64,000 bases of DNA from Candidatus Hermodarchaeum yapensis (GTDB lineage Archaea; Asgardarchaeota; Hermodarchaeia; Hermodarchaeales; Hermodarchaeaceae), in contig JAEOSK010000006.1 in the NCBI GenBank assembly GCA_016840405.1, positions 1-64,000 on the forward strand, given 5' to 3'. How positions within the stretch are numbered: the first letter of the stretch is position 1; every line of letters begins with the position of its first letter. The translations under genes and the position numbers were made by a program. Shown piece by piece: positions 61,097-64,000 of the stretch. The notes under the pieces are model-generated. The model was not told the DNA's origin and did not search any database. It was given only the letters and a program-made list of their open reading frames with translations.

Positions 61097-62131
61097 TTAG
61101 TCAAGAGGCGGCGGAATTTCAATCCGAGACCCCCGAATTTTTTTTACCCAGTCCTCAAACGCTGGACCCGTTGGCTTCTGTTGATAGAGATCTGCCCGAT
61201 TTGCTTCAAGGAGATTTTCGGATAAACCTAACACCTCAGCTATTGTAAGAATCTGATGCCCCCGATTACTCGCTAACCTCTGAATAGGATTCAACCAATT
61301 CAACCAGTTTTGATCTCGAAGCAAATGATGGTCAACAACGATCATAGGGATCTTGTCAGCAAGCAGCCCTAAGTTTTCAGTAGCGTTTACTAAAATTTCA
61401 GGCCTGACCTTCTCCGGTGAAAGATATGTGGGAGGACCCGCCAGAACCAGCACATCGGGGTTTTGCCCTATAATCCATTCTGCGGTGGATTTCACCATTG
61501 GACCTTGGACATCTGAAGCATGAACCAGCGTAAAATCTCCACATCGGATGGTCGTCATAATTACCCATCCGAGTTTCGTTCTATCTTCACCATGAGGAAC
61601 AGCAGGCGAAAACCGAATCACCGTTTGTCCAATCTTTAAGGCTCTACCATCAGCGTACACAACTTCTTCAGCGACTTTCCTGACACTCCTAACGAAATTA
61701 TATCCTCGCCGTTGTTGAGAGTAATTAATGTGGAGACGAATATCCTTACAATAAATTCGATGGTCTTGATACAGGCTAGAAGCCTCGTCACGTGACGACC
61801 AGAAATAGGCGAAATTTTGGAAGAAAGGCATGAAATGATCATGGTGAAAATGAGAAACCACAATCAAATCTGTTGATTGAGCCACTGAATCAATTTTCTT
61901 CCTAATAGATTTCAGTAACCGATATTCCTCAGGATGAGGGTGATAACTATCTCGAAACCCAAGAGCTGCACTAGGATCGATGAGTATGGATGTATCATCG
62001 GTTTGAACATGAACCGCTAGACTTCGAACACCAAGACTTTCTGCTGCTAATGGCGTAATCACCATATCCTTACTAAGTTGGATATTTCCAGAGGTAACTG
62101 ATGGTGATTCGCCCATTGTAACTGACTCCAA
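61097..62131 (-). CDS. Metallo-beta-lactamase-fold hydrolase (UPF0282-like)
   Basis: AAESLGVRS, SHFHHDH, PHG, ASDVQGP, GPPTYL, DHHLLRD. Confidence 0.85.
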   Translation of the reverse strand: MESVTMGESPSVTSGNIQLSKDMVITPLAAESLGVRSLAVHVQTDDTSILIDPSAALGFRDSYHPHPEEYRLLKSIRKKIDSVAQSTDLIVVSHFHHDHFMPFFQNFAYFWSSRDEASSLYQDHRIYCKDIRLHINYSQQRRGYNFVRSVRKVAEEVVYADGRALKIGQTVIRFSPAVPHGEDRTKLGWVIMTTIRCGDFTLVHASDVQGPMVKSTAEWIIGQNPDVLVLAGPPTYLSPEKVRPEILVNATENLGLLADKIPMIVVDHHLLRDQNWLNWLNPIQRLASNRGHQILTIAEVLGLSENLLEANRADLYQQKPTGPAFEDWVKKIRGSRIEIPPPLD

Positions 62132-62264
62132 ATACGGAAGATTGTGATAATCTACCTACTAATTCAATCACTTGCGCATATATGCTCCCCATCCTTTACT
62201 TGGGAAAAAAATGAAAAAGAGTATTGGAGTTCGGAACTTGATCTTTATCCCGAACCCTTGAGTT

Positions 62265-63467
62265 TTAGTCTATACGTTTTACTAATTCGTCAGGATTTGG
62301 TAGCTTTTTAACCTGCTCAGGTTCTTTTCGGAAGCGAACACCAGATTCGGCTTCTATGCTTTCTGTGTAGAGGACTTCACCTTCTATGGTCACATCTCGT
62401 TCAATGTAAATTACACGACCATAGAGGTTTTTCACCCGAGCACGTTCTTCAACCCGAATCGTATCACCATAAAAGGACTCCCCACGGACCCGTTCCGAAA
62501 CCGTGATGTCAGGACTTTCAACAAAGCCAGACACCTCACCCCGACGCCCGATTCGAAATTCCTTTACTGCTTTGATGCGAGTACCCTTAATCGATCCACC
62601 AATATCAATGATAGGAGATTCGATAAGATTCCCTGCTCTGAGCGATCCACCTACCTCAATTTCCCTTGCTACGATGAGATCTGTATTCACAACAACCGAT
62701 CCACCAACATCTAAATTCTCAGCTAGAACTAGTGATGCTTCAGCTTTTACGGACCCACCTACATCAACAATTCTACCCGTGGCTTTCCCCCCGAGTTTCG
62801 CTGCACCACCACAATCCAGCATTTCAAATGTCAGGTCACCTTCGCTCTTGAAAGAGCCCCCAACATCAATATTAAGTACTTTGGAGCCAGGACCAACAAC
62901 CACAGCCCCACCGACATCGATGTCTCCAATCTCGACAGCCCCTTCAGCTTTGAATGCCCCGCCAACGTTTACTTTCCCAATGGTGCCTGTATTGCATTTT
63001 ACGGCGCCACCAACATTAATGGTCTTTGAATCAACTTTCCCCTCGATTTTCACTGCACCACCAACGTTAATGTCCTCAACGGTAGCATCGCCTTTGACAG
63101 ATAGTGCACCTCCAATCGATACTTTTGAGGCCTGCAAATCCTTACCGACAGAAAGAGCAGCCCCAACATCAAATTTATTCGCGGTCGCCGAACCCTCAAT
63201 TTCAAGCTTCCCATTTTTGACACGAACCGACCGGGTGACGACTAGATCCCCGTGGATTTCTGTGGTGTTGCGGCCATCAATTTCAAGATACTCAGCTTTC
63301 AAGGATCCCTCAATCACAGTATCTTCGCGAATAAACAGTTCACCATCGATGACGATTTCCTTCCCTTTTTCTGGGACGATCGTTCGACAGTTCTCAACTT
63401 TCACATCACCTTTGATGTGACCCAATTTGAGTTCATGTTCATTTTTGAACTGTAGTTTTTCACCCAT
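62265..63467 (-). CDS. Bactofilin-like (polymer-forming) beta-helix repeat protein
   Basis: About 12 repeats of (D/N/S/E)(V/I)GG(S/A) at roughly 16-18-aa spacing; V/I/G-rich. Confidence 0.75.
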   Translation of the reverse strand: MGEKLQFKNEHELKLGHIKGDVKVENCRTIVPEKGKEIVIDGELFIREDTVIEGSLKAEYLEIDGRNTTEIHGDLVVTRSVRVKNGKLEIEGSATANKFDVGAALSVGKDLQASKVSIGGALSVKGDATVEDINVGGAVKIEGKVDSKTINVGGAVKCNTGTIGKVNVGGAFKAEGAVEIGDIDVGGAVVVGPGSKVLNIDVGGSFKSEGDLTFEMLDCGGAAKLGGKATGRIVDVGGSVKAEASLVLAENLDVGGSVVVNTDLIVAREIEVGGSLRAGNLIESPIIDIGGSIKGTRIKAVKEFRIGRRGEVSGFVESPDITVSERVRGESFYGDTIRVEERARVKNLYGRVIYIERDVTIEGEVLYTESIEAESGVRFRKEPEQVKKLPNPDELVKRID

Positions 63468-63629
63468 TTTACATGTCTCCAGACATTTCGCTAATGAAAC
63501 CAAGGTATTAGTTATTTAAAAGGCGGACTCACAATTTGGGGTCACATAATGTTACTTTACTCACATTTTGTAAAATAGTACCAATTGAATGATTTGATAG
63601 CCTAGGAGTTCTCCCTTTACCAGCACGGT

Positions 63630-63938
63630 TTACTGTTGGTTGACCTTTTTTGATTTCCGTTTAGAACCCAGTTGACAATATGAACCGACAATCACTAGAA
63701 GCAAGCTGCCTCCCACGATAGCTACAATGATGCCAATAATCATAAACGGAATGTAGATAAGTGTGGCTTTTCGTTTTTCTTTCTTCGTTTGTGGTGGAAC
63801 ATGCTCAGTGATTTCAGGAGGATAATCACTCATCGCCCACACACGGGGGCTAAACCCGATCATTACTGCAAGTAAATACAATGTGAAAACAATTGCGAAG
63901 ATGGAACCATGAACGACGATATACAAAAAGAGACTCAT
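63630..63938 (-). CDS. Hypothetical membrane protein, possibly truncated
   Basis: TM helix, PRVW..DYP..I...VPP.T, then a second TM helix. Confidence 0.55.
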   Translation of the reverse strand: MSLFLYIVVHGSIFAIVFTLYLLAVMIGFSPRVWAMSDYPPEITEHVPPQTKKEKRKATLIYIPFMIIGIIVAIVGGSLLLVIVGSYCQLGSKRKSKKVNQQ

Positions 63939-64000
63939 TGTCGAATTCTACCGATTTTAAAATTATGTTTTTGTTTCCTACTTGAGAATTAAAAAGGTGT

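Noticed and set aside
62503-63420. 305-aa Pro/Thr/Ser-rich plus-strand ORF
   Set aside because: Antisense shadow of the DVGG-repeat gene (PPTS is the reverse complement of DVGG codons).

Overview
Archaeal chromosomal window. An Asgard archaeon is inferred from F420/H4MPT genes, Alba, TrmI, a PDCD5-like gene, an IPGF-TM-basic C-terminal sorting motif and an E2F-like gene. Left to right: an A-type ATP synthase a subunit; a giant c (K) subunit with at least six fused hairpins running off the left edge; a CysRS with altered active-site motifs; a split complex-I-like / group 4 hydrogenase locus (JKLMN on minus, ABC on plus, no D/H/I) beside mtd, an FrhB/FpoF-like gene and hypD; an SCP2-ADH-AOR cluster; a zinc-ribbon/SPFH membrane module; paralogous surface proteins; NAD salvage genes; a ferritin/bacterioferritin/hemerythrin cluster; Alba with a Lys-rich tail, PDCD5-like and E2F/DP-like genes; a complete bshA/bshB/bshC bacillithiol cluster; and a bactofilin-like protein. 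Three tnpB-type IS200/IS605 elements are present (two disrupted, one with a doubtful start). A structured ~300-nt non-coding element ends in an IS605 right end. No rRNA, tRNA or CRISPR array was seen. All calls come from motif recognition by eye; no database searches were run.
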